DNA of 64,000 nt from an uncultured Bdellovibrionales bacterium (GCA_964498095.1 CAZCFY010000012.1:69807-133806), one strand, 5' to 3'; shown: positions 38,853 to 48,894, numbered from the stretch's first letter. Notes: generated by a model not told the origin, from the letters alone. Numbers and translations: made by a program.

Positions 38853-40058
38853 TTATTCTATGTCAAAGCTATTAGTAAATATCCAGGAAAACCAACGCTT
38901 TCCGTCGGGTAGAGGTAGTGTAGGAATTACCCGCACGACGACCCGGTAGCTGCCAGTGGCCATTAATTCAGCAGTTACCGAAGGTTCGTTAAAAGTCTTC
39001 ATTAAATTGCCATTATGAAGAATTCGAATCTCATAAGGAAAGCGGGGGGACTTAGACAGCCGCACCTGCAGTTTTGGATGTTCAGAAAGTTTAATTTTTG
39101 CGCCCGGCAAATAAGTTTTGTTACCGGCCTTCACTTCGGCCAAAAAGCCTTTAGGGTCGCCCAAAAGATCCATGCAGAAATAAAAATTTCCGCTCGCTAA
39201 GGCGCGAATTATCTTATTGCGGTCACTTTCAAAGTCCCCCGTAAGCTCAGAGCTTAATAAAACATGATTTGAAGCTATGGAAAATGATTCCTGATACGAG
39301 GGAAAACGAAAAAAACCTTTTCCCACAGAAGATAGCCGTGCCGTCGCGTCGTTGCCAAGTAATCCAACCAATTGGCTTTTGGAATTAAGTTTATCCCAGA
39401 GCTGGAGTTCTCTCGCGGGAGGAGAATAGATTCGTAATAGTGCCAATCGTGAATTGAAAGGATAAACGAATAAGCTCCAAATAAATGAAAGCTTGGACTC
39501 GCTCCACGCATTTTGCCAGATGCTTTTTAAATTTAAAACCTCGATGCCGTTGAGTCCTTCGGGATATTCTCCCGCCCAACTTGAACCATCTTTGTAGGGG
39601 TGCGCGAGCACGACCATTTCTGATCTAGAATCAGTTTTTCTCTTAGATAAAAGATCAGCCAAGTAAACTTGCACTTCGCCCAAACCGGAAAATGCATGCC
39701 GAGCGCCGCCATTGTAAACCAAGAGGTGCGTGTCTAAGTAACTATATTCGTTTCCCTGCAGTACCAGGAGTTTATTAAAGAAACCTTCCGGCCGCGCGCC
39801 AGCATTGAAATAATTTAACTCCGTGTGAATAAGAAAATCTAAACCGGCACGTTGGGCAGCTTGATTAATTTCCTCCTGCGATGAGCTCCCGGTTGTTAAA
39901 TCTGAGTGAGAGTGAGTAACGCCGCGATAATCGTAATAACCGTCAGGATTTTGCGGTGCCAAAGAGGTTTCGATGGCTAAAAAATTATATTGGCTTAAGA
40001 ACAAGCCATAAATTAGAAGGACAATTAAGATAAAACTTAGGACGAAAAACTTTTTCAC
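38853..40058 (-). CDS. membrane-anchored PHP-like metallo-phosphoesterase domain protein
   Basis: N-terminal TM segment, then GVTHSHSDLTTG...AGLDFLIHTE, VLAHPY, GIEVLN and GNDATAR, resembling PHP motifs. The last His appears replaced. Confidence 0.55.
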   Translation of the reverse strand: MKKFFVLSFILIVLLIYGLFLSQYNFLAIETSLAPQNPDGYYDYRGVTHSHSDLTTGSSSQEEINQAAQRAGLDFLIHTELNYFNAGARPEGFFNKLLVLQGNEYSYLDTHLLVYNGGARHAFSGLGEVQVYLADLLSKRKTDSRSEMVVLAHPYKDGSSWAGEYPEGLNGIEVLNLKSIWQNAWSESKLSFIWSLFVYPFNSRLALLRIYSPPARELQLWDKLNSKSQLVGLLGNDATARLSSVGKGFFRFPSYQESFSIASNHVLLSSELTGDFESDRNKIIRALASGNFYFCMDLLGDPKGFLAEVKAGNKTYLPGAKIKLSEHPKLQVRLSKSPRFPYEIRILHNGNLMKTFNEPSVTAELMATGSYRVVVRVIPTLPLPDGKRWFSWIFTNSFDIE

Positions 40059-41380
40059 TGAGCTCGTACAGTATACAAAATTAGCCCATCATGAATAGTT
40101 TTTTGTTCAACAATTTTATACCCCTCGGTAACCGCCCATTCCGGGAGTGGTGTAATGGAATTTGCCGCCCAATAAAATTCGCGCGCCTTTGGCTTTGCAT
40201 CGGGTAAATAGTCAAAAAAATCTCTGCGGCCGACGTTATAAAGTTTATAAATGGGCTTTTTGAGGCTGAAAGAAAGTAAAGAAGCCATTTGATAGGTGCT
40301 CGTGAAAATTGGGAGATCTTCGTTAACGGCACTTAATATGGCGCGATACTTATAAGTTTCGTCCATTTTCTTTGTCAAATCAGAGCTCGGTATCCATTTG
40401 AACGCTAACTGTGAAATTAAAAGCGAAAAAAGCGTTAGCCAAACACCAACCGTAAATCTGATCCAGCGCAAATTAGTTGCCGCCAGGATAAAGGCCATTG
40501 AAAAAATAGCGGGGTAGGCGACGGAGGGCCAATTGGCTTCAACCGGCCGGCGAAAGGAAGTTAAAAAGAAAAATATAAGGGGCGTCCAAGTAAAATACTT
40601 TAACCAGGTAATATTGGGTTGGGCGCGTCGCCGAAGTGCTAGAAAAAGAATTGGCGGAAATATTAATAGAACCTGATCCCAGGCGTAACGTAAGGGCCAA
40701 ATCAGCGAGGATCTTTCGCCGCCGAGTCCATGTCCTAACTGGAAGCGAAAACTTGCAAAATCATTTGCAACATTCCAATACCAAGTGGGTGCGCTAAAAA
40801 CGATAAAGGCACCAAGGGAGCCACAAAGATAGCGCCAACTTACGCTTGGCCATCTTTTGTCAAAATGCACGTACAGTATTGCCGCTAGCGGAAACAAAAC
40901 GATGTGATATTTGGCGCAAAAACCTAACCCAAGACTTGCTCCTAAAAGCAAATACCAGGTGAGCTTACTTTCCTCTAAGGCTCTCCTAAATAACCAAAGT
41001 GAAAGTGACCAAAAAAATATTAGCGGTAAGTCGGGAGTCATAATAAGTGCACCCATTCCCGAAAGAGGTATTAGCGATAAGCCCATGAGATAGAGTATAT
41101 GGTTTTCGGGTGCGATATATTTTCTGATCAACAAAAACCAAATCCAAATCGTTAGGTGTCCCAGGAGTACCCCGGGAATACGGCTTGCTTGATAAAAATT
41201 ATCAAAGGGGGCACCTAACGAAAACAGCCAGGCAATCATTCCCGGATGATCGTAATAACTGAGTTGCAGATTTTTAGACCATACCCAGTAATAGGCTTCG
41301 TCAGCAAACAGCGGAATAAAGGTGGCCAAAATAATTTTGACCAGTAAAAGTATAAACCAGGCTTTCGTACTCTTTTGCAC
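40055..41380 (-). CDS. glycosyltransferase family 39 (ArnT/PMT-like) membrane protein
   Basis: About 11 TM segments and N-terminal loop motif FADEAYYWVWS...YYDHPGM, typical of undecaprenyl-phosphate-sugar-dependent GT-C enzymes. Confidence 0.82.
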   Translation of the reverse strand: MQKSTKAWFILLLVKIILATFIPLFADEAYYWVWSKNLQLSYYDHPGMIAWLFSLGAPFDNFYQASRIPGVLLGHLTIWIWFLLIRKYIAPENHILYLMGLSLIPLSGMGALIMTPDLPLIFFWSLSLWLFRRALEESKLTWYLLLGASLGLGFCAKYHIVLFPLAAILYVHFDKRWPSVSWRYLCGSLGAFIVFSAPTWYWNVANDFASFRFQLGHGLGGERSSLIWPLRYAWDQVLLIFPPILFLALRRRAQPNITWLKYFTWTPLIFFFLTSFRRPVEANWPSVAYPAIFSMAFILAATNLRWIRFTVGVWLTLFSLLISQLAFKWIPSSDLTKKMDETYKYRAILSAVNEDLPIFTSTYQMASLLSFSLKKPIYKLYNVGRRDFFDYLPDAKPKAREFYWAANSITPLPEWAVTEGYKIVEQKTIHDGLILYTVRAQ

Positions 41381-42418
41381 TTAAGGGTAATTCAGTTTCA
41401 TCGGTTTCCCAACGGTTCCGGGCACACCGAGATCTTGTCCGTTAAAAATTACATTGATGGCGCCGCCATCACTGACTTCGACGTTTATTGAGTTTTCCGC
41501 TTTTATAATGTGAATTTTGTCGGTATCTAAACGCGTGCGTTTTGCGGGGCCGGAATCGATTGAAAATACGATTTCAACACTATCAAGAGCTTCAATAATT
41601 AATTCCTTATTCTGAATGCTGGCGCCGGTTTCACCAAGCAGTGATCTTTTTGCGTCAGATGTGCTTTTCGCAGGCTCTGGTTTGGGCGCTGTTTTTTCCG
41701 GAGTCGGAACTACGGCGGTAGCTGCCGGTTTTTCGGTAGCGGGTTGTGCTGGTGGAGTTGGAGTTGCGGGTTTAGTGGTAGCTGCCGGTTTTGTTTCGGC
41801 AGTCCCGGGCTTTTCGGGCGCCGGAACCGCGACGGCCGGCCCCGGTTGCGCCGCCGGTGGTGCTGTTATGGTTTGTTCAGCGGGAGGCTCATGCTTAATG
41901 GGCTGTTCCTTAATTGCAGATTCAATTTCACTTGGCGAAGGGGTTTTCGATTCCCGCTCATATTTTTCTATCGTCGTAAATAAAAGTTTAATAACCAAAA
42001 TAACGGTGAGCACCCCAATACCAATAAATACTCTTTGCATCGTCGAAGATTGTGATTCTTCTAGGGGACGTGGCATCGACGCTTTCGCCGGCGCCGGGCT
42101 CACATGCGGCGTCGCCGGGTGCTCGGGAGGAGTATCGGCGGGCGCGGACTCGTGGCCTTCGGCAGTTTTAGGTTTGGGTTCTTGGAAACCCATTTCGTCA
42201 TTGAAATTGTGAAGTATGGCCTTACTGTCGAGCTTAAGATAATTGGCGTAGGTTTGGACAAAACCACGCAAAAAAGCTTTTGACGGCAAACTTTCGATGT
42301 CGCCGTCTTCCATGGCTTCAAGTACTTTAACGTTAATTTTAGTGGCCATGGCGACTTCATTTAAAGTTACGCCCTTTTTCTCCCGACTTTCTCTTAAAAG
42401 TTGGCCCGTTTGCTTCAT
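41381..42418 (-). CDS. rodZ: RodZ-like cytoskeleton-associated protein (HTH + TM + Pro/Ala-rich linker + DUF4115-like C-terminus)
   Basis: LRESREKKGVTLNEVAMATKINVKVLEAMEDGD HTH, one TM segment (VFIGIGVLTVILVIKLLF), PA-rich linker, beta-rich C-terminus. Confidence 0.8.
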   Translation of the reverse strand: MKQTGQLLRESREKKGVTLNEVAMATKINVKVLEAMEDGDIESLPSKAFLRGFVQTYANYLKLDSKAILHNFNDEMGFQEPKPKTAEGHESAPADTPPEHPATPHVSPAPAKASMPRPLEESQSSTMQRVFIGIGVLTVILVIKLLFTTIEKYERESKTPSPSEIESAIKEQPIKHEPPAEQTITAPPAAQPGPAVAVPAPEKPGTAETKPAATTKPATPTPPAQPATEKPAATAVVPTPEKTAPKPEPAKSTSDAKRSLLGETGASIQNKELIIEALDSVEIVFSIDSGPAKRTRLDTDKIHIIKAENSINVEVSDGGAINVIFNGQDLGVPGTVGKPMKLNYP

Positions 42419-43179
42419 TCAGCGCCGCCCTTTTCATCTAATGATCGCAACAGCTTTCGTGATTTATCAGCATAAACTCCAGAAGGATCACTATCAATGA
42501 TTCCTTCGAGGCGCGCAACAGCGCGTTCTTTTTCTCCCAGTTTTGCATAGGCAACAGCGCTATAAAAATCGGATTCATGATTATCTGATTTTTTGCAGAC
42601 GCTTACGGCTTGATCCAATCGCTGAGCGGCTAAATCCAGCTTTTTTTGTTCCATTAAAGCCCGGCCCAAATAAGTCCACGCGGGGCAATAATTTCTATTG
42701 ATATCAATGGCCTTTAAGAATGCATCCTCGGCAAGGGGGAATTTTCTTAAATGGAAATAGGCAATTCCTACGTTTACGCGCGCCTTTTCTGGCTGCGGAT
42801 AAACTAAATCTTTAGCAACGGTTTCAAATTGCTTAAGAGCCCCGCCAAAATCTTCATTCTCGATTAATAACAAACCAAAATTACTACGCGCCTCAGAATA
42901 ATTTGGATCTAGTTTCATGGCCTGCCTTAAATGTTTTTCGGCCAGAGCAAATTCTTTTCTGACAAAGTAGGCAACACCTAAATTGTTTTGTATTACGGCA
43001 TCGGCGGGATCAAATTTCTCCGCCTCAAGAAGTTCTTTTAATGCTCCAGGATAATTTTTTTGGGCCAAGAGTGAGGTGCCAATTTGCAAATGAAGACGGG
43101 CATACTCCTTAGAGTTGCCAGACTTCGAAGTGCCACCACACGCCGCCAAAAATAACAAAAAAATCACAAAGATTTTCAC
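42415..43179 (-). CDS. TPR-repeat lipoprotein (PilW/PilF-like)
   Basis: Lipobox FLAAC and about 6 TPR units. Position between the rRNA methyltransferase gene and rodZ mirrors the ndk-rlmN-pilW-rodZ neighbourhood of other proteobacteria. Confidence 0.72.
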   Translation of the reverse strand: MKIFVIFLLFLAACGGTSKSGNSKEYARLHLQIGTSLLAQKNYPGALKELLEAEKFDPADAVIQNNLGVAYFVRKEFALAEKHLRQAMKLDPNYSEARSNFGLLLIENEDFGGALKQFETVAKDLVYPQPEKARVNVGIAYFHLRKFPLAEDAFLKAIDINRNYCPAWTYLGRALMEQKKLDLAAQRLDQAVSVCKKSDNHESDFYSAVAYAKLGEKERAVARLEGIIDSDPSGVYADKSRKLLRSLDEKGGAE

Positions 43180-43235
43180 AGATTATAAAGTTAACAAAGA
43201 TTTCAAATTAGAGCAAAAATGCGGGGTGTCAGAAA

Positions 43236-44342
43236 TCAAATAGAAGAGGATTTAAGCATCGCCACGGTCTCAACGTGATAGGTTTGCGGAAACATATCAA
43301 AGCCGGTGGCGTTTTCTAGCGTATAATTACTTAATAGTTTTAGGTCACGCGTAAGCGTGTTGGGATCACAACTTATATAAATGAGAGTTTTGGGACGAAT
43401 TTTGTCCAAGGCACTCATGACAGCGCCCGGGCAGCCCGACCTAGGCGGATCTAATATTACAGTTAAATTATTTACCTGGCGCCGCCATTTTTTGAGATAT
43501 TTGGCGACATCCTCGCAAACGAACTCTATTTGCGGCAAACTCGCCTTGGCCATTTTGATGGAATCTTTATTAGCTTCGACGCCGACAACTTCGGCGGCGG
43601 GAACTTTAGCTTTTGCTAATCGCGAAAAATTTCCACTACCGCAATAAAGATCGAGTACAAGGTTTGTCTCGGTTGGAATTAAATCACTAACGTGTTTTTT
43701 GAGTAATTCATTTATTTCAAAGTTAACTTGGGAAAAAGGCGGATATTCAAAATCATCAATCGCCGACACTTGCGTATGAACCTCGCTGTTGTCAGTTAAA
43801 TAAAGGTCGACATGCTTGGCTTGGCCGGAGTGATTTTTTTGCATTCTTACCAAGGTCTTTTCTATCGCAACAGAAATTTGCGGAGCCGCGATTTTACAGT
43901 CGGAAATAGCAAGAACTTCGCTACTTTTGCGCCGATACATTCCAAGTTGAGAGCCATCCCAATGTAGGCGGATGCGGTTGCGATAGGCGAATTCTTTGGG
44001 TGAAGGCACCACTCTTACATCGCCAGTCAGTAAGCGGCTAAGAATTTTTTGTTTTTGCACGATTTGTTCGGAGTAGCTAACGTGTTGCCACTGGCAGCCG
44101 CCGCACTCAGAAAAGTGCGCACACAATGGTTTTTGCCGGTGCTCTGAGGGCGCGATAAGTTTCTCAAGGTTTCCCTGTCCGAACTTCTTTTTTAACGAAG
44201 TTATTTTCGCCGAAATAGTATCGCCAGGAGCGGCGCGGTCGACAAAAAAGACAAAGCCGTCTTTTTTGCCGACACCAGGTCCTTGAAAGGCAAGGCTTTC
44301 AATATTTAATTCTACGGTTTCACCTACGTGAAAACCGCTCAT
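43236..44342 (-). CDS. TRAM-domain 23S rRNA (uracil-5-)-methyltransferase (RlmD/RumA family)
   Basis: N-terminal TRAM, Fe-S Cys cluster [17 protein letters not shown] motif [16 protein letters not shown], and catalytic Cys region YISCDP. Confidence 0.85.
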   Translation of the reverse strand: MSGFHVGETVELNIESLAFQGPGVGKKDGFVFFVDRAAPGDTISAKITSLKKKFGQGNLEKLIAPSEHRQKPLCAHFSECGGCQWQHVSYSEQIVQKQKILSRLLTGDVRVVPSPKEFAYRNRIRLHWDGSQLGMYRRKSSEVLAISDCKIAAPQISVAIEKTLVRMQKNHSGQAKHVDLYLTDNSEVHTQVSAIDDFEYPPFSQVNFEINELLKKHVSDLIPTETNLVLDLYCGSGNFSRLAKAKVPAAEVVGVEANKDSIKMAKASLPQIEFVCEDVAKYLKKWRRQVNNLTVILDPPRSGCPGAVMSALDKIRPKTLIYISCDPNTLTRDLKLLSNYTLENATGFDMFPQTYHVETVAMLKSSSI

Positions 44343-44764
44343 TTGTTACAGATTTCTTTGCTTTCGAAAAAAATTCTGAGTTCGCGCTCAGCGCTTTGCG
44401 GACTGTCGCTACCGTGAACGGTATTTTCGCCCACGCTGTCGCCCCAAAGCGCACGAATTGTGCCCGGTGCTGCTTTTTTAGGGTCAGTCGCTCCCATGAT
44501 CTCACGGTTCTTGGCTACTGCATTTTCTCCGGCCAAAGCCATTACCATTACCGGCCCACTTGTCATAAAGCTTACAAGTTCACCGAAAAAAGGGCGTTCC
44601 TTATGTTCAGCATAAAACTCTTCACATTTTGACTGTGGAATTACCATAAGTTTAGCGGCGGCCACTTTAAGGCCATTGTCTTCGAATTTTTGAATGATCT
44701 TACCAACTAGATTTTTCTTAATGCCATTTGGTTTAATGATACTAAAGGTCACTTCTTTTGCCAT
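44339..44764 (-). CDS. ndk: nucleoside-diphosphate kinase
   Basis: [19 protein letters not shown] and NTVHGSDS active-site His. Confidence 0.96.
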   Translation of the reverse strand: MAKEVTFSIIKPNGIKKNLVGKIIQKFEDNGLKVAAAKLMVIPQSKCEEFYAEHKERPFFGELVSFMTSGPVMVMALAGENAVAKNREIMGATDPKKAAPGTIRALWGDSVGENTVHGSDSPQSAERELRIFFESKEICNK

Positions 44765-44838
44765 TTATCCCCCAATTATTGCTTATTAATTTGTCGGGTT
44801 ACATATCATAGATTATGATCAATTGCCAAGGGGGTTAA

Positions 44839-45210
44839 ATGGCCAAAGTGGATATAAAACGAGTTGAAAAGCCGTGGGGCTATGAACTCATTTGGGCAAA
44901 AACCGATAAATATGCCGGCAAAATATTACACGTAAATAAAGGCCAGAAGCTCTCGTTGCAGCATCACAAAACCAAAGAAGAAACAATCTTAATTTATTCC
45001 GGAAAAATTGAATTTATCTACGAAAGCGCTCCAGGGAAATTGGATACGATAATCTTAAAAGCGGGCGAAGCCCATCATATCAAGCCACTTCATAAGCATC
45101 GCATGATCGCCCTTGAGGATACGGATATTTTTGAAGTTTCAACACCGGAACTCGATGATGTCGTTAGACATGAGGATTCTTATGGCAGAGCGCCCGGCGA
45201 TCGAAATTGA
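44839..45210 (+). CDS. cupin-domain protein (type II phosphomannose isomerase C-terminal-like)
   Basis: KPWGYELIWAKTDKYAGKILHVNKGQKLSLQHHKTKEETI cupin motif. Confidence 0.8.
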   Translation: MAKVDIKRVEKPWGYELIWAKTDKYAGKILHVNKGQKLSLQHHKTKEETILIYSGKIEFIYESAPGKLDTIILKAGEAHHIKPLHKHRMIALEDTDIFEVSTPELDDVVRHEDSYGRAPGDRN

Positions 45211-46297
45211 AAAAGGCGTAGCCTATCTTTATTTTGCTTACGACGTCGGTTTTGCAATCGACTTGAATTTGGCGCAGAAAAAAATCGCGCAGGTTACCGA
45301 GCGCGCCAAGATTCGCCAAAACAAGCGCTCGCCGTGGTATTTCGAGTTTGAGCCCGCCCCCGTAAAAGTAAATTTGACGATGCCCGAAGTGCACGTCGGA
45401 GGCTTTAAGACGGCGCCCGAAGCGGAAGCAACGATTTTTGACTTTGGAGCCATATCTATAGCTTTGCGGATTCCCTTTTCGGGAAATTTAGAAACTCTGG
45501 TGGATATGAGTTACGCGCTCTACGAAAACGAAGAATTTGAACGCCACTGCCGCGGCTTCGTGGAAAGCTTAGCTAATATCATGAGTAATTCTATTGATAA
45601 GTTAGCGATTAACGAACACTACGAAGAGTATAAAATATTTCAGATAGTTCAGCATAATTCTTCATTGGATTTGTCTGAAATGATTAAAAAACATGGCAAA
45701 ACATTAGCACGAATTTTACGCTCAGAAGATCAAGAGTTGTCAGAGGACGAAGTTAGGGACGCAACGTGGTCTTACATTTCCTACGCCCCCAATGATTTAC
45801 TGCTTATCGACTGGAACACGGCAATTTTATTTGACGAAAAGTCCGACGACGTCCGTGCGGTGTTGGAATTCGTAAATGTTGAGTTACTAGAGCTAACCTA
45901 TCTCGATCTTAAACTTGATAATTCCTTGGACCGTGCTTACGAAGTCGTTAGCCGTTTAACAAAAAAGCGCTTTATATTTCCTGGACACGTAAATAATGAG
46001 TTACGCCGTATTGGCCGCTTACAGGTCGACAGTGCATTTTTATTTGAAGGGGTTAACAATGCCTTGAAGCTATTAGGCGATCAGTACTTGGCGCGGGTTT
46101 ACCGTTTGGCTTCAACCCGCTTTCATTTGCCCGAGTGGGATGCGAGTATCCTACGAAAAATAAAGGCGCTCGAAAGTATCTACGAAAAGATTAATGATCA
46201 AGCGAGCATTTATCGCTCTGAAATTTTAGAGTGGATTATCATTTTATTAATTTTGGTTTCACTATTTTTGCCCCTAATCCCCGGCTATAAACACTAA
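45182..46297 (+). CDS. hypothetical protein with C-terminal TM anchor (possibly RMD1/DUF155-like)
   Basis: GAGGA Shine-Dalgarno before ATG 45182. N-terminal VAYLYFAYDVGFAIDLNLA and terminal EILEWIIILLILVSLFLPLI resemble the DUF155 layout; this assignment is from memory only. Confidence 0.5.
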   Translation: MAERPAIEIEKGVAYLYFAYDVGFAIDLNLAQKKIAQVTERAKIRQNKRSPWYFEFEPAPVKVNLTMPEVHVGGFKTAPEAEATIFDFGAISIALRIPFSGNLETLVDMSYALYENEEFERHCRGFVESLANIMSNSIDKLAINEHYEEYKIFQIVQHNSSLDLSEMIKKHGKTLARILRSEDQELSEDEVRDATWSYISYAPNDLLLIDWNTAILFDEKSDDVRAVLEFVNVELLELTYLDLKLDNSLDRAYEVVSRLTKKRFIFPGHVNNELRRIGRLQVDSAFLFEGVNNALKLLGDQYLARVYRLASTRFHLPEWDASILRKIKALESIYEKINDQASIYRSEILEWIIILLILVSLFLPLIPGYKH

Positions 46298-46372
46298 AAG
46301 GTGCCTGACACCAAATCGAGTCCATGGTGCGTCAAAAATTAAGTTTCTCCGCCATTTACTCGATAAGCCGCT

Positions 46373-47662
46373 ATGTCGTCCGCCCATTATAAAGAAAAAC
46401 TCGGAGAACTTTCCAAGGCTTTGGTCCAGGCACAAAAGCCAATTCGCATTTTAGATGCGGTAAAATGGAGCGCGGAGACTGTCGAGTTCTTTCATAAGAC
46501 CAAGTTTAAGGAAATTCCGGACATTGGTCCCGAGTATTATGGTAAAAACGCGCTCGGTTTTGATCCGCAAAAAAAGATTGATGAGTTTCGCGCCATATCC
46601 AGCAAAGTGAAGCGCGAGCTGGGCGAGAATGATCAGCTGGCGAAAATTTTAATGCGTAATTGTGATGAGTACGAAAAAGTTGTGCGCATGCTTGTCGGGC
46701 GCGGCACGCGGGATTTTTATAATTTTTCACGCCTGCTTTATGGAAGCCCGAAAGAGTTTTTTGGCGACGATACGACCACGTTGCATGAACTTGGCGTCAT
46801 GCTGGGCGAGATCTTAAATAACTTAGAAGGCCACGAACTTGGAAAAAAATTTGAGAAAACCGTTCCCGCCGAAAACTTGGTTGAAGAATTAAATCGCCGA
46901 TTGAAAGGTTACTTCGGGCAGGACGACGTTCGTGTAAAACTTGACGACGGGATTTTATCTGATGCCGCTGCCGGATCCGATTACATAAAGATTCGCAGGG
47001 GCCTTCAGTTTAGCGAACGTGATATTGATATATTTGAAGTTCATGAGGGCTGGGTTCACGTGGGAACGACGCTTAATGGTCAACACCAACCTTACGCAAA
47101 TTTCCTTTCTAAGGGGCCACCGTGTACCACTTCCATTCAAGAGGGCCTTGCAGTCATAATGGAAGTATTCGCTTTCGTTTCGATTCCGGAGCGCGCCAAG
47201 CGCATTAACCGGCGGCTTATCGTTTGTGATATGGCGGAAAGCGGCGCGAATATTTTAGAAGTCGTAAATTATTTTCGCAATCTCGGACAGGCCGATGGTG
47301 AAGCGTTGAAAAACGCCCAGCGCGTATTTCGCGGTGGCCTTATAGAGGGCGGCGGGCCCTTCACCAAAGACATTTCCTACTGTAAAGGTTTTGTGAATGT
47401 ATATAATTTTGTGAGAAGCTGTATTCGTCATGGGGAGCCCGAGCTTTTGCCATTTCTCTTTGTAGGCAAGGTCACCCTCGAAGACGTGCGGACTCTTTTT
47501 GACTATCATGGTGAGGGCATTATTGAAAAACCCAGATACCTGCCGAAACATTTTTCGGATTTGAATGCTTTGAGTGTGTGGATGGCTTTTTCGAATTTTC
47601 TCAACAAAATGAGCTTAGATAAAATTTCACAACATTTTGATAAACGTCATAAGGTGGGTTGA
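46373..47662 (+). CDS. QEGLA-motif protein (DUF1704; tyrosine/phenylalanine carboxypeptidase-like, MATCAP-related)
   Basis: HEGWVH (aa 224-229) and TSIQEGLAVIMEVF (QEGLA at aa 256-260). Confidence 0.8.
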   Translation: MSSAHYKEKLGELSKALVQAQKPIRILDAVKWSAETVEFFHKTKFKEIPDIGPEYYGKNALGFDPQKKIDEFRAISSKVKRELGENDQLAKILMRNCDEYEKVVRMLVGRGTRDFYNFSRLLYGSPKEFFGDDTTTLHELGVMLGEILNNLEGHELGKKFEKTVPAENLVEELNRRLKGYFGQDDVRVKLDDGILSDAAAGSDYIKIRRGLQFSERDIDIFEVHEGWVHVGTTLNGQHQPYANFLSKGPPCTTSIQEGLAVIMEVFAFVSIPERAKRINRRLIVCDMAESGANILEVVNYFRNLGQADGEALKNAQRVFRGGLIEGGGPFTKDISYCKGFVNVYNFVRSCIRHGEPELLPFLFVGKVTLEDVRTLFDYHGEGIIEKPRYLPKHFSDLNALSVWMAFSNFLNKMSLDKISQHFDKRHKVG

Positions 47663-47664
47663 AA

Positions 47665-48042
47665 ATGAAAAAAGTTTTAATACTGACTCTGCTTTTCGCG
47701 CTCGGTTGCGCTTCGAAAGCGCGTCTTTACCCCAACGCAAAATATAAAAGTGTCGGCGAAGCTCAGGCTAACCGCGATATCGCTCAGTGCGAAGCGGAAT
47801 CAGAACAATATTTGGCCGACACCAAAGAAAAGCAAATCGGTAAGTCGGCTGCAACAGGTGCCGCTATGGGAGCTGTTCTCGGAGTTATTAGCGGTGGCGG
47901 TTTGCGTAGCGTCGGTCGCGGCGCAGTTGGTGGAGCAGCGGTCGGAGCAACTGCCGGCGCCCTAAGCCCAGATCAGTTAAAGCGAAAATATGTGGTTAAA
48001 TGTCTGTCTGATAAGGGCTATGAAGTCCTGGGCTACGACTGA
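47665..48042 (+). CDS. glycine-zipper lipoprotein
   Basis: Lipobox FALGC. GAAMGAVLGVISGGG...GGAAVGATAGA glycine-zipper. AAGGTGG Shine-Dalgarno. Overlaps the stop of the QEGLA gene. Confidence 0.62.
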   Translation: MKKVLILTLLFALGCASKARLYPNAKYKSVGEAQANRDIAQCEAESEQYLADTKEKQIGKSAATGAAMGAVLGVISGGGLRSVGRGAVGGAAVGATAGALSPDQLKRKYVVKCLSDKGYEVLGYD

Positions 48043-48849
48043 TTAGAAATAAAATTTGCCGCCGGCTAAAATGCCGGTGGAGTTTACCGCTGTCGATGTT
48101 GAAGAATTGTAAGGTGTTTTTTCGATGGATTCTTTAAACCAGGTCCCTTGTACGCGAATTATTCCGTAGTCGATAAAGAGTGTGCCTTCAATATTGTTAC
48201 CGGTTAGAGTCGTAGCTAAGTCTGAACCGGATTTTTCATAGTTTTGATAGAGTCCTTCGATTCCAAATTGCTTAGATAAGTAAAGCGCGAACGACGCCCC
48301 GAAGTAAGGATTTCTAAAAGTCTCGGATGTGGCCGAGGAATTATCAACACGTGTTCGTCCGCCATAAATGAGAGTGAAGTTGGTGTTTTGTACGGAATTA
48401 CCAAATATCCGCAGATTAAAATTTAAGTTCCAGCCATATACCTTGTCAGAAAAATCTAAATAATCTCCACTAAGACCAACAAAGGAAGTAAAGGCGCCGA
48501 AGGATGTGCGTTTAATTTCTGGCTTAGTAAGTGTACTCGGATTTGTGCCGTCAGAAGAGGTCTTTTCGAAACCGGCCTGTTCGTAGCTCGCATAAAACTC
48601 ATGAGCAACTGGCTTAGAGCGGTTACCCGCCAACCACATATTTTGATTGGCGATTACCTTTTTCGTGTCCAGCCAATCGGCCATCGTCCAGCGTGATTTT
48701 TCTTTGGCCTCTTGTTTTTGCACCGGCGACATACCTTCGCCGCTGCCCCCACGCGATCCACCACCACCGAATCCGCCCCAACGTGAACCTCGATTTTGGG
48801 CACTAACTGTAGAAGATAAAGAAATTAGAAAAATTAAAATATATTTCAT
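48043..48849 (-). CDS. hypothetical outer-membrane beta-barrel protein
   Basis: Signal peptide ...STVSA, Gly-rich N-terminal tract, alternating strands, C-terminal GGKFYF OMP signature. Confidence 0.6.
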   Translation of the reverse strand: MKYILIFLISLSSTVSAQNRGSRWGGFGGGGSRGGSGEGMSPVQKQEAKEKSRWTMADWLDTKKVIANQNMWLAGNRSKPVAHEFYASYEQAGFEKTSSDGTNPSTLTKPEIKRTSFGAFTSFVGLSGDYLDFSDKVYGWNLNFNLRIFGNSVQNTNFTLIYGGRTRVDNSSATSETFRNPYFGASFALYLSKQFGIEGLYQNYEKSGSDLATTLTGNNIEGTLFIDYGIIRVQGTWFKESIEKTPYNSSTSTAVNSTGILAGGKFYF

Positions 48850-48854
48850 ATGTT

Positions 48855-48892
48855 AACGCACTTGCACTACCAAAAAGAACCTGGAACCTTTT
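48855..48892. repeat. 38-nt intergenic repeat, copy 2 (aacgcacttgcactaccaaaaagaacctggaacctttt)
   Basis: Matches 19049..19086 at 37 of 38 positions. Lies between the terminator at 48895..48930 and the start codon at 48849. Confidence 0.85.
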
Positions 48893-48894
48893 GG

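Noticed and set aside
41616-42212. 198-aa plus-strand ORF (and 41744..41983) inside rodZ
   Set aside because: It lies antisense to the GC-rich Pro/Ala-repeat linker of RodZ. The Ala/Gly/Val-rich low-complexity translation is the expected artefact of that codon composition. No start context or motif.
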